Assembly (NCBI GenBank): GCA_963555755.3
Contig: OY820905.2
Location: 1,696,001-1,760,000, forward strand
Source: Nitrospirales bacterium
Lineage (GTDB): Bacteria; Nitrospirota; Nitrospiria; Nitrospirales; UBA8639
Direction: 5' to 3'
Length of the DNA: 64,000 bases
The translations under genes were made by a program, and so were the position numbers. Below the pieces are notes generated by a model. That model saw only the letters and a program-made list of their open reading frames with translations, searched no databases and was not told the DNA's origin. This document shows, piece after piece, positions 28,378 through 39,592 of the stretch (position 1 is the stretch's first letter; each line of letters begins with the position of its first letter).

Positions 28378-30807
28378 TTACACACTTACCATAGCTTCTT
28401 CCTCAATAAAGAATGGGGCCTTGTCTCGAAGTACGACTTTAATTTTTCGCACGTCCTTGAATCGCCCTTTAATCAGTTCCTCCGACAGCGGATCACCTAA
28501 GAGCTTTTGAAGGGTACGCCGCATCGGTCTCGCCCCGTATTGCGGCTGATATCCTTCCTCAATGAGCCATTGCTTGACTTCTTCTTCAATATCCAACTCC
28601 ACATCCCGCTCAGCAAGCCGTTGATTCAATTCCTTAATCAGAATATTCATAATCTCAATGAGATGCGTTTTTTCCAAAGGATGAAAGACCACGAATTCGT
28701 CAACGCGATTCAAAAATTCAGGGCTGAAAGTACGTTTTAACTCATCAAGGACCTCACCCTTCATACGCTCTCGACTGTCGGCTATATCTTCTTTTTGAAA
28801 TCCGAGCGAGACACCTTTTTGAATCAACTTGGTTCCCAAATTTGAGGTCATCACAAGAATCGTATTTTTGAAATCGACTTTTCGGCCCAAGCTATCCGTC
28901 AACACACCATCGTCCAAGACTTGGAGCAACACATTGAAGATGTCTGGATGGGCCTTTTCAATTTCGTCAAACAAGACAACCGAATACGGACGTCTCCGCA
29001 CTTTCTCGGTTAATTGTCCACCTTCTTCGTACCCGACGTAGCCAGGAGGGGCACCAAACAACCGCGAACTGGTAAATTTTTCTTGATACTCGGACATATC
29101 AATTCTGATCAGAGAATCCTCGGTATTAAAGAGAAATTCTGCTAAGGCTCTCGCTAACTCCGTTTTCCCAACACCGGTTGGGCCTAAGTAGATAAAGGAC
29201 CCAATCGGCTTACGAGCATCTTTCAACCCGGCACGAGACCGCCGAATAGCCCGACATACTGCGGAAATGGCCTCGTCCTGACCAATAATCCGTTTGTGTA
29301 GGAACTCCTCCATGTGAAGAAGCTTTTCCGATTCCTCTTCTTCAAGTTTGAAAAGGGGAATGCCCGTAATCTTGGAGACCACGAAGCTAATATCTTCGCC
29401 CTTAATAACTGGTTTATCCTTCTCTTGTTTCTTTTTCCAATCGCGCTTGGCATCCTCTAACAGCTTCCGAAGACGTTCTTCTTCTTCCCGAAACTTCACG
29501 GCCTCTTCAAAATTTTGGAGACCAATCGCTACTTCCTTCTCACGAGCCACACGTTTTAATTCCTGTTCTAAGGACTTTAACTCCGGGGGCAAGGCATACG
29601 ATTGGAGTTTGGCTCGTGAACCCGTTTCGTCGATCAAATCGATGGCTTTGTCAGGAAAGAACCGATCAGTAATATATCGATCGGAGAGTTTCACGGCTTC
29701 TATCACGGCCTCATCCGAATATTCCACTCCATGATGTTCTTCATATCGATCTCGTAAACCGTGAATGATTTTAATGGTTTCATCGATGGATGGAGGATTC
29801 ACATAAATTGATTGGAACCGCCGCTTGAGCGCACCATCTTTTTCAATGTGCTTGCGATATTCATCCAATGTCGTGGCGCCAATGCATTGGATTTCTCCAC
29901 GTGACAAGGCTGGCTTGAGCATATTCGCCGCGTCAATAGACCCTTCCGCAGCTCCTGCTCCCACTAATGTATGCAACTCATCAATAAATAAAATAATATT
30001 GCCCGCTTGAACAATTTCTTTCATGACGACTTTCAGGCGTTCTTCAAATTGACCACGATATTTGGTGCCGGCAACCAACGAGCCAAGATCCAACGCAATA
30101 ACCCGTCGGTTTAATAAATTATCAGGGACATCCATCGAGACAATCCGTTGCGCAAGCCCCTCGACGATGGCCGTCTTTCCCACACCCGATTCTCCAATCA
30201 AGGCCGGATTGTTCTTTGTACGCCGGCTTAAGATCTGCAGGACTCTCTCTATTTCATCGCTACGACCAATTACCGGATCTAGCAGGGACTCTTGAGCGAG
30301 CTGAGTCAGATCTCTTCCAAATTCATCAAGGGCTGGAGTGCTGCTTTTCTTGTCTCGTTCACGAGTACCTGATTTTCGAAGGAAGGTGACGGTCAATTGT
30401 CGGGCTGTCAACAGATTTCCACCAAGACTTCTTAACACTTTTCCGCCGATTCCTTCTTCTTCTCGAAGGAGCCCGAGGAGAAGATGTTCGCTGCCAATAT
30501 GATTGTGCCCGAGTAGTCTTGCTTCTTCGACACCATATTCGATCACTTTTTTCACACGAGGACTAAAAGGAATTTCTCCAAACGTGACGGTGGTCCCGCC
30601 GCTTGGCAAATTCCGTTCAATCTCCAAACGGATTTGTTCAGGAGACAGCCCCATTTTCTTGATGATCATGAGGGCAATGCCATCCGATTCACGGAGAATA
30701 GCAAGCACAAGATGCTCCGTGCCCAGATAGTCATTCTGGTGGCGTTCAGCCTCTTCGCGGGCCAGGATAATGATCTTTCGGCCTCTGTCCGTAAATCGTT
30801 CGAACAT
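28378..30807 (-). CDS. clpC: ATP-dependent Clp protease ATP-binding subunit ClpC
   Basis: MFERFT, two Clp-N repeats, GESGVGKT and [11 protein letters not shown] coiled coil, LGF loop. Confidence 0.95.
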   Translation of the reverse strand: MFERFTDRGRKIIILAREEAERHQNDYLGTEHLVLAILRESDGIALMIIKKMGLSPEQIRLEIERNLPSGGTTVTFGEIPFSPRVKKVIEYGVEEARLLGHNHIGSEHLLLGLLREEEGIGGKVLRSLGGNLLTARQLTVTFLRKSGTRERDKKSSTPALDEFGRDLTQLAQESLLDPVIGRSDEIERVLQILSRRTKNNPALIGESGVGKTAIVEGLAQRIVSMDVPDNLLNRRVIALDLGSLVAGTKYRGQFEERLKVVMKEIVQAGNIILFIDELHTLVGAGAAEGSIDAANMLKPALSRGEIQCIGATTLDEYRKHIEKDGALKRRFQSIYVNPPSIDETIKIIHGLRDRYEEHHGVEYSDEAVIEAVKLSDRYITDRFFPDKAIDLIDETGSRAKLQSYALPPELKSLEQELKRVAREKEVAIGLQNFEEAVKFREEEERLRKLLEDAKRDWKKKQEKDKPVIKGEDISFVVSKITGIPLFKLEEEESEKLLHMEEFLHKRIIGQDEAISAVCRAIRRSRAGLKDARKPIGSFIYLGPTGVGKTELARALAEFLFNTEDSLIRIDMSEYQEKFTSSRLFGAPPGYVGYEEGGQLTEKVRRRPYSVVLFDEIEKAHPDIFNVLLQVLDDGVLTDSLGRKVDFKNTILVMTSNLGTKLIQKGVSLGFQKEDIADSRERMKGEVLDELKRTFSPEFLNRVDEFVVFHPLEKTHLIEIMNILIKELNQRLAERDVELDIEEEVKQWLIEEGYQPQYGARPMRRTLQKLLGDPLSEELIKGRFKDVRKIKVVLRDKAPFFIEEEAMVSV

Positions 30808-30874
30808 TTTCCCCTCCTCCAGGGCAAGAAAATTTCGCGTCTGCTAACGACCAACCCTAAACTGACATGATGAA

Positions 30875-30904
30875 AGTCTAGCCACCATCCATTCACACTG
30901 TCAA
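30875..30904 (-). promoter_or_regulatory. Probable sigma70 promoter of clpC
   Basis: TTGACA-N18-TAGACT, ~70 bp upstream of the start. Confidence 0.5.
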
Positions 30905-31116
30905 GGTTGTACCACTACTCTATAACCCTAGGTTTTCATAATCATCGAGCCCCGTCAAGAGCCCCTATTTTCGACCACGCATTTTGATTGACTCAAGCAG
31001 CTGCACTGGATACAATTTTTGGTTCAGGTCCCCAGGTATCTGACCAAAGGGATATGTATGGACTGCGCCTGTTCTTCCCACCGTACAACCACTTTTCGTA
31101 AAATGACGAGTCGATC

Positions 31117-31968
31117 TTGAACACTATCGGCATTCTCACGAAACCCCAGTTCCCGGAATTAGAAACGGTGCTCAAGCAATTGGTGCGCTGGCTTCAATCC
31201 CAAAACAAAACCATCGTACTCGGTTCCTCAGCCGCCGCACTCCTTCACGAAGACAATTCCCACGGAGATCTAGCACTTGCCTCACAATCAGAACTGGTCA
31301 TTGTCCTCGGAGGTGACGGGACCATGCTCAGTGCCGCCCGCTTGGTTGAAACACGTTGCACCCCGATTCTTGGGGTGAATATGGGCGGCCTTGGATTTCT
31401 GACCGAGGTCACGGTTGAGAATCTATATGACTCACTGGAAAAAGTTTTCACTCAACAATTCTTCCTCGACAACCGCCTACGATTACAAGCAAGAATTTCC
31501 CACCATGATAGTCGTGAAGAGCAGGGCACGGCACTCAACGATATCGTGATCAGCAAGGGTGCCATGGGAAGAATGATTAAAACCCACATTCAGGTCGACA
31601 AACAATTTGTCACCCTCTTACGAGGCGATGGGGTCATCGTGTCTTCTCCTACTGGTTCCACGGCCTATAGCATGTCTTCTGGAGGACCCATTCTCGATCC
31701 TTCGTTAGATGCGCTCTTACTCACCCCTATTAGCCCCCATACGTTGACCCACCGCCCTCTTCTCGTCCCAAGTGACGTCTCTCTTGAGATCGCTCTGACC
31801 AACGGGGTTGAAGTTCGGGCCATATTCGACGGTCAGATTGGATTTGTCATGAATCAAGGTGACTCGATTTTGATCAGTGCATCCCCGCATCGGACCCACC
31901 TGATTCGTTTCCCAGACCGCACCTATTACGACATCCTACGCAACAAACTCAAATGGGGAAACGGGTAA
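31117..31968 (+). CDS. nadK: NAD kinase
   Basis: GGDGT, GLGFL, DG...SPTGSTAYSMSSGGP. Confidence 0.95.
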   Translation: MNTIGILTKPQFPELETVLKQLVRWLQSQNKTIVLGSSAAALLHEDNSHGDLALASQSELVIVLGGDGTMLSAARLVETRCTPILGVNMGGLGFLTEVTVENLYDSLEKVFTQQFFLDNRLRLQARISHHDSREEQGTALNDIVISKGAMGRMIKTHIQVDKQFVTLLRGDGVIVSSPTGSTAYSMSSGGPILDPSLDALLLTPISPHTLTHRPLLVPSDVSLEIALTNGVEVRAIFDGQIGFVMNQGDSILISASPHRTHLIRFPDRTYYDILRNKLKWGNG

Positions 31969-32316
31969 GTTTCCCCATCGATTCACACCAATCTATTGGC
32001 CCGACCAAAACCCTTGCTGACTCATCAGGCACTCCATTCTATGAAAAATTCCCCTAATTCGATAATCATTACATCGGTAACTTGTTATAAAAACACAAGA
32101 TTGAATCATCAAAGAAAAAACTGGACCGACTTCCCCCATTGACCAAATACAGCTCGGTAGCAATCGAAAACACACTTTTGACTCTTCGATTGAGGAGCAA
32201 AATGGCATAAGGCCTTAAAAATCCTCAATGCCTACACCCTAAGAGGCTGTTTGAGCGAGATATTATACAGAAGGAGTATGAGATCTAGATATGATGAGTG
32301 AATTTGGACCAAGCGA

Positions 32317-32685
32317 CTAGGGTTGGCACTCTGGACACTCGGTGCGCTCGGCAGGAGCGCGGAATTCCTCAGAGGTCAAGGGGAAGGTTTGCTCACAAGT
32401 TTGGCATTGGCGAATTTCAAAATACGCTTCGCCATCATCGTGGATTTCACAAGGCAGGAGGAGATCGAGGGGATCGTAGCCCAGGGTTTTCCCATCAGAA
32501 AATTTCACGACCGCTAATCGGATATTAAAGTGTTGAAATGCCCCTTCTATCCCCTGTAAATCATTCATACCTCCAACGACACAGACGGGTTGACCCGGAG
32601 GACGAACTTTTAAATCCTTTAACGTCCGCTGAGAATCCGTAGCCACGAAATATTCGATAGTGTCTTGAGAGCCAGCATTACTCAT
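32317..32685 (-). CDS. Hypothetical protein with C-terminal zinc ribbon
   Basis: CQTC...CPEC at the C-terminus. Confidence 0.7.
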   Translation of the reverse strand: MSNAGSQDTIEYFVATDSQRTLKDLKVRPPGQPVCVVGGMNDLQGIEGAFQHFNIRLAVVKFSDGKTLGYDPLDLLLPCEIHDDGEAYFEIRQCQTCEQTFPLTSEEFRAPAERTECPECQP

Positions 32686-32804
32686 GTATGATCAACCAAG
32701 AGGTAAGATTGTTATGACAAACAGGCGACATCGAGCTTGTAACACGCAGGGAAAAACACCGTCAAGATAACCAGCCCTCATTCGAAAGGAGCAGCAAGCA
32801 ATTT

Positions 32805-33155
32805 ATGGCACACATTACGATTTACCAAAAACCCACCTGTTCGACCTGCCGAAAAGTCATCAAACTGGTTGAGGAAAGCGGGCAACCCTTTACCACCATC
32901 AATTATTACGAAGAGCCATTGACCAAAACAAAGCTCAAAGAATTACTCAAAAAAGGCGGGCTGAAAGCCAAAGAGGTGATGCGGGTCAAAGAGGATATCT
33001 ACACATCATTGGAGCTGGCCAAGACGGACAAAACCGAAGATGAATTGATCGGGCTCATGATTGAACATCCCGACCTCCTCCAACGCCCGTTGGTCGAAAA
33101 AGGTGACAAGGCCATCATGGCCCGGCCACCCGAAATGATCCATGACATCTTATAG
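32805..33155 (+). CDS. ArsC/Spx family thioredoxin-fold protein
   Basis: IYQKPTCSTCRK, HPDLLQRP; AAGGAG RBS. Confidence 0.9.
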   Translation: MAHITIYQKPTCSTCRKVIKLVEESGQPFTTINYYEEPLTKTKLKELLKKGGLKAKEVMRVKEDIYTSLELAKTDKTEDELIGLMIEHPDLLQRPLVEKGDKAIMARPPEMIHDIL

Positions 33156-33190
33156 GTTGAGGTGGGGATCATAATCTTCGAGACCATTAA

Positions 33191-33274
33191 ACCTAGAAAC
33201 GGCAGTTGGGCGCAAAACAGATGCTTACGCAATTGGTGTTCATGGTGAAATAAAAAAAGTCGTGGTCACCTCGG
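33191..33274. mobile_element. Truncated family C element (left half)
   Basis: TAA-ACCTAGAAACGGCAGTTGGGCGC...GTGGTCACCTC. Confidence 0.8.
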
Positions 33275-33277
33275 GTC

Positions 33278-33455
33278 TGTCATTTCGACCCTCTCCTTGT
33301 CATTTCGACCCTCTCCTTGTCATGTCGACCCTTGGGAGAAATCTCCGCCCATTGCCGAATAAGAGATTTCTCCCAAGGGTCGAAATGACATAAAGAGGGG
33401 TTGAAGTGACAGAAAGGAAAACCTGGGTCCCCGATTAAAGATGTCGAGGATGACA
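33278..33455. repeat. REP-like cluster (TGTCATTTCGACC type), copy 1
   Basis: 20-bp tandem TGTCATTTCGACCCTCTCCT, long hairpin ...GAGAAATCTC...GAGATTTCTC...GGTCGAAATGACA, then CTGGGTCCCCGAT...GTCGAGGATGAC. Confidence 0.85.
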
Positions 33456-33509
33456 GGAAAGATTAAACGGCCTCAATTTAACAAACCTTTCTCACGCATT
33501 CAATTTATA

Positions 33510-33742
33510 GAAATGTCACTTCCGTCCCGCCTTCGGACGCGGCGGAGCTGGAGCCCCGAATCGACTTTCGGCGAGGGCTGTTTGAGCGGAGCGAGTTCCC
33601 TCGCCATCTTATTCGGGGCGGAGGCGGAGGAACCCTGGAGAGCTTGCTTCTGAGCAAGCTCGGAGGGGCCGCGCACGGACGGAAATGGTTTTGGTTCCTT
33701 TTGCCGAAACAAAAGGGACTCGTCGCGCGGGGGCGAAACCCC
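33510..33742. repeat. GC-rich, multi-hairpin non-coding element
   Basis: ATTTCCGTCC-type outer pairing, GCCCCGAAT/ATTCGGGGC, GAGCTTGCT/AGCAAGCTC, terminal TCCTTTTG..CAAAGGGA and GGGG-CGAAA-CCCC hairpins. Confidence 0.6.
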
Positions 33743-33779
33743 ACATAAATAATGTTCAACCACACCCAAGAAAAATATT

Positions 33780-33917
33780 TGTCATTTCGACCCATGAGAG
33801 AAATCTCCGCCCATTGCCGAATAAGAGATTTCTCCCAAGGGTCGAAATGACATAAAGAGGGGTCGAAATGACAGAAGGAAAAACCTGGATCCCCGATAAC
33901 GAACGTCGGGGATGACG
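33780..33917. repeat. REP-like cluster (TGTCATTTCGACC type), copy 2
   Basis: ~135-bp direct repeat of 33318-33455. Confidence 0.85.
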
Positions 33918-33990
33918 GAATAGAAGAAAAATGTGACAGATTTATTTTCCTGCAGATTTGGAAAGAGAGGAGCTAAGGAAAGGCAGGCCT

Positions 33991-35451
33991 TCACCCCGGT
34001 CGCACAAGCAACAGCACAGTCAAACACACTAGTGAATTGTTCAACGCATGAGCTGCCATGCCTGGCAAAATGCTTCCCGTTTTTTCATAGGACCAGGCCC
34101 AGAGCAGCCCGCTCCAAAAGATCGTGACCAACCCGAAGGTCCCATACCCATGGGCCAGTGAAAAAATTAATGCACTCACGACCATCGCCACAGGAGCAGT
34201 GAAACGACGACGAAGTGTGCTATACAACACGCCTCTGAAGATGATTTCTTCAAACACAGGAGCCAACACCGTATACGATAACAGCGGGAGAATTATTTGC
34301 CACGTCGTCCCTTGAATCAGCGTGGGATCAAACCAATCGGTCCAATGCAACGACGTCTGAAAATTCTGGGCAATTAATTCAATAACCCACCCGCCCCCTG
34401 CTCCAACGGTAAAGAGTCCCAACGCAAACAATCCCATCCGACTCCATCCGCCAGACACCACGTTCAATCCCAAGGCTTGTCGCATGGACAAACCCGTTGG
34501 ACGCCAGAGGTAAAAATACGCCAACCCGATAATGGGGATATGAATAAAAATGGGAATGAGAAATTGCAGGGTCGGCGGGTCAAGCCCTGTCACGGAAATG
34601 GCAATAATCAGCAGGCTGGCGATGCCACCGCCTCTCACCAACACCACCATGCCATTCCAGCCTGACCAACGAGGGGGAAAGGACATCCCGCCAACTTGTA
34701 ACGCCATATCGCCTCCCCACTTCCACCGGCGCCAGAGCAAGCCCATCGCCACCAAACCCCCAACCACCGCCATCATTTGAGCACCCCCTAACCAACGATT
34801 GTTGGACACAAGACGCTGCGCATGACGATGACTGTCGGCCTGGAGAGAGGCTTGCAATCCCCTATCTTGACTTCGCTCAGCGATATGCAAGGCAACCTGT
34901 CGATACAACCACCCATGTGGCACCTGCTCGGCTAATTGAGCTTGCAACTCTTGAGCACTAGACGGATCCACGCTCCCTGGCAAATAGGCCGCTTGGAGAA
35001 TTCGGCCATACAAGGGAAACGGTAGAGCCCTATCTTGCCAACTTTCGACTTTCATCTGGACGGATTCGGTACGGCCTTCCTCACCCTCTAAAATGGCTAA
35101 ATACAATGCCGAGAGTGGATGAAATTCTATTTCCGCCAATTCCGAATACCACTCGATGCACTGCAGGACCTCCCCCCCATTGTCACCCACCGCACCCATC
35201 AACAACCTTTCCCAGCCAGAGACCTGCTCGAGACCATCTCGAAGCCCCATGACTTGATTCGTGATGATTTCGAGTGCTTGGTCAGGGGACGGAATCCGGT
35301 CTAATCGGGGCATCGATAGGTGGGCAAATACCAAGAACCCAAGGCACATGAGGAAGATGACCCCAAAACACGCCGTCACAAAAGGAGAGAAGTGGACAGG
35401 CGTCGTATGGGATTCAGGTGAAAGCACGTCTTGATGAGGCCAGTTCGTCAT
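33991..35451 (-). CDS. CPBP/Abi (CAAX) intramembrane glutamic endopeptidase with large N-terminal extracytoplasmic domain
   Basis: EEIIFRG, FSLAH, HALNN. Confidence 0.9.
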   Translation of the reverse strand: MTNWPHQDVLSPESHTTPVHFSPFVTACFGVIFLMCLGFLVFAHLSMPRLDRIPSPDQALEIITNQVMGLRDGLEQVSGWERLLMGAVGDNGGEVLQCIEWYSELAEIEFHPLSALYLAILEGEEGRTESVQMKVESWQDRALPFPLYGRILQAAYLPGSVDPSSAQELQAQLAEQVPHGWLYRQVALHIAERSQDRGLQASLQADSHRHAQRLVSNNRWLGGAQMMAVVGGLVAMGLLWRRWKWGGDMALQVGGMSFPPRWSGWNGMVVLVRGGGIASLLIIAISVTGLDPPTLQFLIPIFIHIPIIGLAYFYLWRPTGLSMRQALGLNVVSGGWSRMGLFALGLFTVGAGGGWVIELIAQNFQTSLHWTDWFDPTLIQGTTWQIILPLLSYTVLAPVFEEIIFRGVLYSTLRRRFTAPVAMVVSALIFSLAHGYGTFGLVTIFWSGLLWAWSYEKTGSILPGMAAHALNNSLVCLTVLLLVRPG

Positions 35452-35676
35452 GGCATTGAACCTAGAATCAGCGGTGGGTCACAACATGAATAATGAATGG
35501 CACAAAAAAGTTAACTTGGATGACTGAAAATGGACTCGTTGTGTAAAATTTCTTTTGACACCCACTCTGACGGTTTGGCTTGAAACCACGATGGTTCATT
35601 GCACTGCCCTTCTTTCGGCCAATGTGAACAAAGAGTGGAATCCCGAAGCGCCTACCGCTAAAATAGGAATCCCAAA

Positions 35677-35823
35677 GGGTTCGCGCAAGAATAACTTCCC
35701 CGGTTTGGGTGCTGAGACACCTGTCTGGCAAGGCGCGAGGACTGCGCATCTTCTCGGACGAGCAACGCCGCCAGACGGTATGGATCGACGCCCAAACCGG
35801 GGAAGTTATTCTTACGCGAACCC
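35677..35823. mobile_element. Family B element (internally shortened)
   Basis: TIR GGGTTCGCG(C/T)AAGAATAACTTCCCCGGTTTGGG; ends 15 bp before the aminotransferase ATG. Confidence 0.88.
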
Positions 35824-35838
35824 TAAGGATGCCCCTTA

Positions 35839-37044
35839 ATGCCAAACTCCCCACACACATACAAGGACTTAGCCCCACCTCGACGCCTCTTATTGGGGCC
35901 AGGGCCAAGCATGGTGCACCCTCGTGTCTTACAAGCGATGAGTACCCCACTCCTGGGACACCTTGATCCTGAATTTCTGGCCATCATGGATGAGATTCAG
36001 GAACTGCTCCGATGGATTTTTCAGACGGACAATGCATTGACCATTGCGGTGTCGGGGACAGGGTCGGCAGCGATGGAAACGGCTATCGTGAATCTGATTG
36101 AACCTGGAGATCGCGTGGTTGTTGGAATCAACGGGGTCTTTGGCACACGTATCGCCCAGATGGTTACACGATGTGGCGGAACAGTTGTCGCCATTGAGGT
36201 ACCTTGGGGGCAACCTATTCCCTTGGACCGGATCGCCCACATTCTACAAACGGCTGGACCAATCAAAGCGGTCGCACTCGTTCACGCGGAAACGTCCACC
36301 GGCGTTTGGCAATCATTGGAACACATCGGGCCACTCTGTCATGACCATGGCGCGCTCTTGATTGTGGATGCGGTGACGTCCCTCGGCGGCATTCCCGTGC
36401 AGGTGGATGCGTGGCACATTGATGCCTGTTACTCTGCTACACAGAAATGCCTGAGCTGTCCACCAGGGCTGGCACCACTGACATTCAGCCAGCGCGCGAA
36501 AGACGTGATCCGCAATCGACACACCCCGTGCCAAAGCTGGTATCTCGATTGCACCCTCGTGGCCGACTACTGGACTGAAGGGAAACGCACCTATCACCAT
36601 ACCGCTCCAATTTCCATGTCCTACGCGTTACGCGAAGCACTTCGACTGATACACGAGGAAGGGCTCGACCCGCGTTTTGTCCGTCACCAGCAGAACAGCC
36701 AAGCGCTTCGTGCCGGACTGGAAGCCCTGGGGTTCGCCCTCGTCCCTCCCGCTGACCAGAGCCTCCCGACCCTCACCTGCGCCTCTCTCCCAGAGTGGCT
36801 GGATGACAAAACCGCTCGGTCAACCCTTCTTCAAGATTTCAACATCGAAGTTGGGGGAGGATTAGGGCCCCTCGCCGGCAAGGTGTGGAGAATAGGGCTC
36901 ATGGGCGAATCATCAACCTTTGAGTCGGTCATGACCTTACTTGCGGCCTTGGAGCAGATTTGTTCACACGTCGCCCCGTCACACTCTTTGGGCCAATCGA
37001 TGACGGCAGCCCTCAAAGAATATTCAGCCTTTGCTCATCCCTGA
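35839..37044 (+). CDS. Alanine/serine-glyoxylate aminotransferase (class V PLP)
   Basis: LLGPGPS, HAETSTG, VDAVTS, TQKCLSCPPG, WRIGLMG. Confidence 0.93.
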   Translation: MPNSPHTYKDLAPPRRLLLGPGPSMVHPRVLQAMSTPLLGHLDPEFLAIMDEIQELLRWIFQTDNALTIAVSGTGSAAMETAIVNLIEPGDRVVVGINGVFGTRIAQMVTRCGGTVVAIEVPWGQPIPLDRIAHILQTAGPIKAVALVHAETSTGVWQSLEHIGPLCHDHGALLIVDAVTSLGGIPVQVDAWHIDACYSATQKCLSCPPGLAPLTFSQRAKDVIRNRHTPCQSWYLDCTLVADYWTEGKRTYHHTAPISMSYALREALRLIHEEGLDPRFVRHQQNSQALRAGLEALGFALVPPADQSLPTLTCASLPEWLDDKTARSTLLQDFNIEVGGGLGPLAGKVWRIGLMGESSTFESVMTLLAALEQICSHVAPSHSLGQSMTAALKEYSAFAHP

Positions 37045-37048
37045 TTAA

Positions 37049-37376
37049 CCCTAGAAACGGCAGTTGGGCGCAAAAAATCCGTGTAAGATATTGGGGTGTA
37101 TGGTGAAATAAAAAAAGTCGTGGTCACCTCGGTGGTGATGAGACATTTTTTTATTTTGCCAGGTGCGCCCAGGAGCCTGTCCAAGATTAGGGATCGTTGC
37201 GAGGGGGTGTTGGTTTGAGTCAGATGTTTCGATCGTTTGAGGCGAATAGTGGTGCCTATTTAACGAAAAGGATCGGAAGATCTGGCCAAATCCAGCGCAC
37301 CCTCGCAACATTCCTAATCTTGGACAGGCTCCTAGAGCTTGCGCGGACTTTTGTGATCCAACTGCTGTTTCTAGGT
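37049..37376. mobile_element. Family C element with family D (37173-37331) nested
   Basis: TAA on both flanks of C; CCAG/CTAG flank D. Confidence 0.88.
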
Positions 37377-37598
37377 TAAAATACACATCTTCTTACCATA
37401 TGGCTGCCCCTCCAAAGTGGCCAGGCAAGTCAGATACTTTTCCGCAGACCCACTCCGTTTGTGAGGAACCTGCCTTCCCCAATACTCCCCGTCTGATACC
37501 GTTCGTCTGTATTCCCTCAGTATGATCACTGTTCCCCTTACTTACTCCTCTCCTCGTAAGATTAAAGAGTACTGAAAAAAATCCCGATCAACAATTAA

Positions 37599-37940
37599 GG
37601 GTTTGTTAAAAATTAACTTGGACAAGATCACGTCAAGATTTGGGTCGGATTCGGACGTAACGATTGAGAAAAAACTGAGGCATAGCACCGCTATGGTGAG
37701 GCTTTTTTTCGATTGAGACGCGTTCAAAGATGGCCCGAAGATGGGATGCAAGAATGTTAAAGTTATTTTTTAACATGCCCTAAGGGTTCGCGCAAGAATA
37801 ACTTCCCCTGTTTGGGTGCTGAGACGCCTGTCTGGCAAGGCGCGAGGACTGCGCATACTCTTCGTATGGAAAGGACGAGCAACGCCGCCAGACAGGATGG
37901 ATCGACGCCCAAACAGGGGAAGTTATTCTTGCGCGAACCC
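37599..37940. mobile_element. Tandem family A (37599-37780, diverged) and family B (37784-37940) sharing one TAA
   Basis: TAA-A-TAA-B-TAA arrangement. Confidence 0.85.
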
Positions 37941-38129
37941 TAAGGCCAGCGGAAGGAACCATGGGCCTATCCGAGACCCCAGACGTACGTGAGACAAACC
38001 CAAATATTGACGAGAGACCCGTTCCAACAGCGCCAAAACCAATCCAAATTCCGCTGTGGGAACAACTCCTATTGACGATACACTTCATGCAGTTCTCTTT
38101 ATTTTCATCAATGCACTCATGGCCACACG

Positions 38130-39590
38130 ATGAATAATTTACGACTCGACTCAAAACACACTCCGGGCTTTGATGAAATGTTTGAAGCCCCCAATACTCC
38201 CCGCCGACACTACCAACAACTGATCGAACGTCTGGATCAACTCCCGCCCCACGACCTTGAATTGAAACGCCGCCAGGCTGACCAAGCATTTCTTCGGCAA
38301 GGGATTACCTTCACGGTCTACGACGAGCCGGATCAAACCGAACGGATTTTTCCGTTTGATCTCCTGCCACGGATTATTCCAAACAGTGAATGGCGGATCC
38401 TGGAAGATGGCCTCCGGCAACGAATCCGGGCCTTGAATCTCTTTCTGCTGGATATTTACGGCAAGCAATCCATTCTTCGGGATGGCCGGATTCCCCGTGA
38501 ACTCGTGGAAACAGCCACGCACTTCCAACCTGACCTCATTGGGTTTCGCCCTCCCAAAGATATTTTCATTCATATTTCGGGCATCGATCTTATTCGGGAC
38601 CAAGATGGGACGTATCGGGTATTGGAGGATAACGTTCGTACCCCCTCTGGAATCTCGTATGTCTTAGAAAACCGGATGGTCATGAAGCACACCTTCCCCA
38701 ATCTGTTTACGGAAATGCGGGTCAGACCCATCGACCACTATCCCACACAATTATGGGAAAACTTGAGATTCCTGGCCAATGACACGCGCGAACACCCCAC
38801 GATCGTGCTCCTCACTCCTGGAGTCTGCAACTCAGCCTATTTCGAACACTCGTTCCTCTCACTCCAAATGGGCATCGAGTTGGTCGAAGGTCGAGACTTA
38901 GTGGTGGAAAACGATCGTGTCTACATGAAAACCACGCACGGACTCCAACAAGTCGATGTCATCTACCGACGAGTAGACGATGCGTTTCTTGATCCCGAAG
39001 TCTTCCGGCACGACTCAGCCCTCGGGGTGCCCGGGCTCATGCGTGCCTACCGGGCCGGGAACGTGGCTCTCGCCAACGGCATTGGGACCGGCGTGGTTGA
39101 TGACAAAGCGGTGTATTCCTTCGTTCCAACCATGATTGAATATTATCTCAGCGAAACCCCGATCCTGCCGAGTGTGCCAACGTATCTCTGCGTGAACGAT
39201 GAACAACGCCAATTCGTGCTCGACAATCTTGCCAATTTGGTGGTGAAGTCGGTCGACGAATCAGGCGGATACGGCATGCTGATCGGCTCCGCATCAACCC
39301 AGACGCAACGAGAAGATTTCCGGAAACGGATTATCGCGGAACCGCGCAAGTATATTGCGCAACCCATCATGCCCCTTTCCCAACACCCCTGTATCGTGCC
39401 CAACAGTACTGGGGACTTACACCTCTCCGGCCGTCACATCGATTTGAGACCGTTTATTCTTTGGGGACAAGACATTTCCATTTCTCTTGGAGGACTGACG
39501 AGAGTCGCTCTCCAGGAAGGATCGTTGGTCGTGAACTCATCCCAGGGTGGTGGCAGCAAAGATACCTGGGTGCTGTATGGAGAAGGCTGA
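38130..39590 (+). CDS. Circularly permuted type 2 ATP-grasp protein
   Basis: [59 protein letters not shown]. Confidence 0.95.
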   Translation: MNNLRLDSKHTPGFDEMFEAPNTPRRHYQQLIERLDQLPPHDLELKRRQADQAFLRQGITFTVYDEPDQTERIFPFDLLPRIIPNSEWRILEDGLRQRIRALNLFLLDIYGKQSILRDGRIPRELVETATHFQPDLIGFRPPKDIFIHISGIDLIRDQDGTYRVLEDNVRTPSGISYVLENRMVMKHTFPNLFTEMRVRPIDHYPTQLWENLRFLANDTREHPTIVLLTPGVCNSAYFEHSFLSLQMGIELVEGRDLVVENDRVYMKTTHGLQQVDVIYRRVDDAFLDPEVFRHDSALGVPGLMRAYRAGNVALANGIGTGVVDDKAVYSFVPTMIEYYLSETPILPSVPTYLCVNDEQRQFVLDNLANLVVKSVDESGGYGMLIGSASTQTQREDFRKRIIAEPRKYIAQPIMPLSQHPCIVPNSTGDLHLSGRHIDLRPFILWGQDISISLGGLTRVALQEGSLVVNSSQGGGSKDTWVLYGEG

Positions 39591-39592
39591 GC

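Noticed and set aside
33278..33331. Tandem 20-bp repeats as a CRISPR array
   Set aside because: No unique spacers, under three units, no cas genes; part of a REP-like cluster
37400..37500. yybP-ykoY riboswitch (GGGGAGTA on the minus strand)
   Set aside because: Remaining conserved elements absent and no co-oriented downstream transporter gene
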